DNA of 62,535 bases, filler included, from Squatina squatina (lineage: Eukaryota), in the NCBI GenBank assembly GCA_031763465.1. It is 3 parts of 3 records of this genome, joined end to end, with 100 filler letters (N's around TTAATTAATTAA, not from the genome) between each part and the next. Parts side by side here need not be neighbours in the genome. Positions count along the whole stretch, not along the records: positions 47,599 to 62,535 come from JARFOE010000016.1; 2 more parts are not named here. The stretch is one strand, 5' to 3'. Of this stretch, positions 61,426 through 62,535 are shown piece by piece. The notes beneath the pieces were generated by a model. The model saw only the letters and a list, made by a program, of their open reading frames with translations, was not told the origin of the DNA and ran no database searches. Every line of letters starts with the position of its first letter. The first letter of the stretch is position 1. Position numbers and translations under genes: made by a program.

Positions 61426-62414
61426 TCAGTTGTACATGTGACCTCTGAAAACCCCCATCTAAAAATTGACCAAACTGATGTTGAAAAGAGCTCAAACCCC
61501 TTTCTCTTGCTGAGTTCAAAGAATGTATCTTCCTGCCAAACCTAAGCCTATTCAGGGATCAATGAGCCATTTTGCTACTGATCCCGAGTAAACTCATTGC
61601 TTTCTGCTAATTAATTCAAATGTGAGTGTTTGTTTATAAAACATTTTTTTTTGTTGCAGATTGCATTTGCTGAAACAAATGCTATTTTACAATAATTTAT
61701 CCTTCAGTAGATTACCAACAAAAATGAATAACAAAACTTAATGAATAACATTAAAGTGAAATGAAATCCTCGGAGAGAGATACGTGTTTGCCTTCTTCTG
61801 AAAGAGGCTCTGATTAATGAAATGCTGTTCNNNNNNNNNNNNNNNNNNNNNNNNNNNNNNNNNNNNNNNNNNNNNNNNNNNNNNNNNNNNNNNNNNNNNN
61901 NNNNNNNNNNNNNNNNNNNNNNNNNNNNNNTGACTACAATTTTCACCCAAACATCAAACAGACCATTAAAACACAATTGTGACAGGATAGTTTTAAACGT
62001 CATAATCTACTGAGCCGACATTCTTGGCTCTACAAATAGATTTGGACAAGGAAGGGTCCTCAAGCACTGAAAGGAGGCTGTGCCAGACAGGGTAGATAAT
62101 TTCATGATAATCAGGAGGATTTAATGAGCTTCTGAGCGACAGTAGGGTTAGCATGGAAGTGAAAGTCTCCATGTAGGTTCTCAAAACCGATTTATTAATA
62201 AGCAGGTCAGTTTTATGTAAGAATCTCATGTGCTACCTTAGTAAATATGAAGAACCAGATGCTCTCAGCTGTCATAAAAGTGTATGTAAAGGAATAAAAT
62301 GAGATTGGAAAATTAGTCCCACACTGAAATTACTGGCATAACATTTTAGGTCCCTTAGTGCAGTTATAAATCTAGAAATGACTACGATACATGCTAGATG
62401 AACACTCAACACAC

Positions 62415-62535
62415 ACAACAACAATTTGCATTTATATAGCACCCTTAACATAGTTAAATATTCCAAGATACTCACAGAGTCTTTATCAAGCAAAATTTGA
62501 CACGAGCCACATAAGGAGATATTGGGACAGGTGAC
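62415..62535 (-). mobile_element. L2 LINE 3' end
   Basis: acaacaatttgcatttatatagcac...gagccacataaggagatattgggacaggtgac. The tail is shared with the Deu-SINEs. Confidence 0.8.

Noticed and set aside
61993-62229. 78-aa minus-strand ORF as a gene
   Set aside because: There is an in-frame stop just upstream, no usable splice structure and no recognisable motif.

Overview
Eukaryotic vertebrate DNA, very probably a shark or other cartilaginous fish, judged from the SacSINE1/Deu-type SINEs and the CR1, L2, RTE, Penelope and Harbinger repeats. It is not contiguous genome: about 55 short contigs are joined by fixed 100-N gaps. Two artificial N44-TTAATTAATTAA-N44 linkers (20561-20660, 47499-47598) split it into three probably unrelated scaffold pieces. 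Piece 1 has the last coding exons of RND3 and FOXN4 plus a few unassigned exon-like segments. Piece 2 has GPR180 (3 exons, -), TGDS (2 exons, +) and GPC6 (3 exons, -), in the same order and orientation as human 13q31-32. Piece 3 has two exons of a group III metabotropic glutamate receptor, one RALGAPA exon and one TANGO2 exon. The rest is decayed transposable elements, often nested, notably many PIF/Harbinger relics (transposase, Myb/SANT partner ORF, hairpin-bearing non-autonomous ends), plus minisatellites and palindromes. I found no CRISPR array, operon, rRNA or true tRNA gene, and no convincing new multi-gene system. The best leads are the paralog-ambiguous GRM and RALGAPA exons, orphan exons, TE-derived hairpins in GPC6 introns and a conserved 93-bp duplicated segment. 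All family and gene calls come from recalled motifs, not database searches, and repeat boundaries are approximate.
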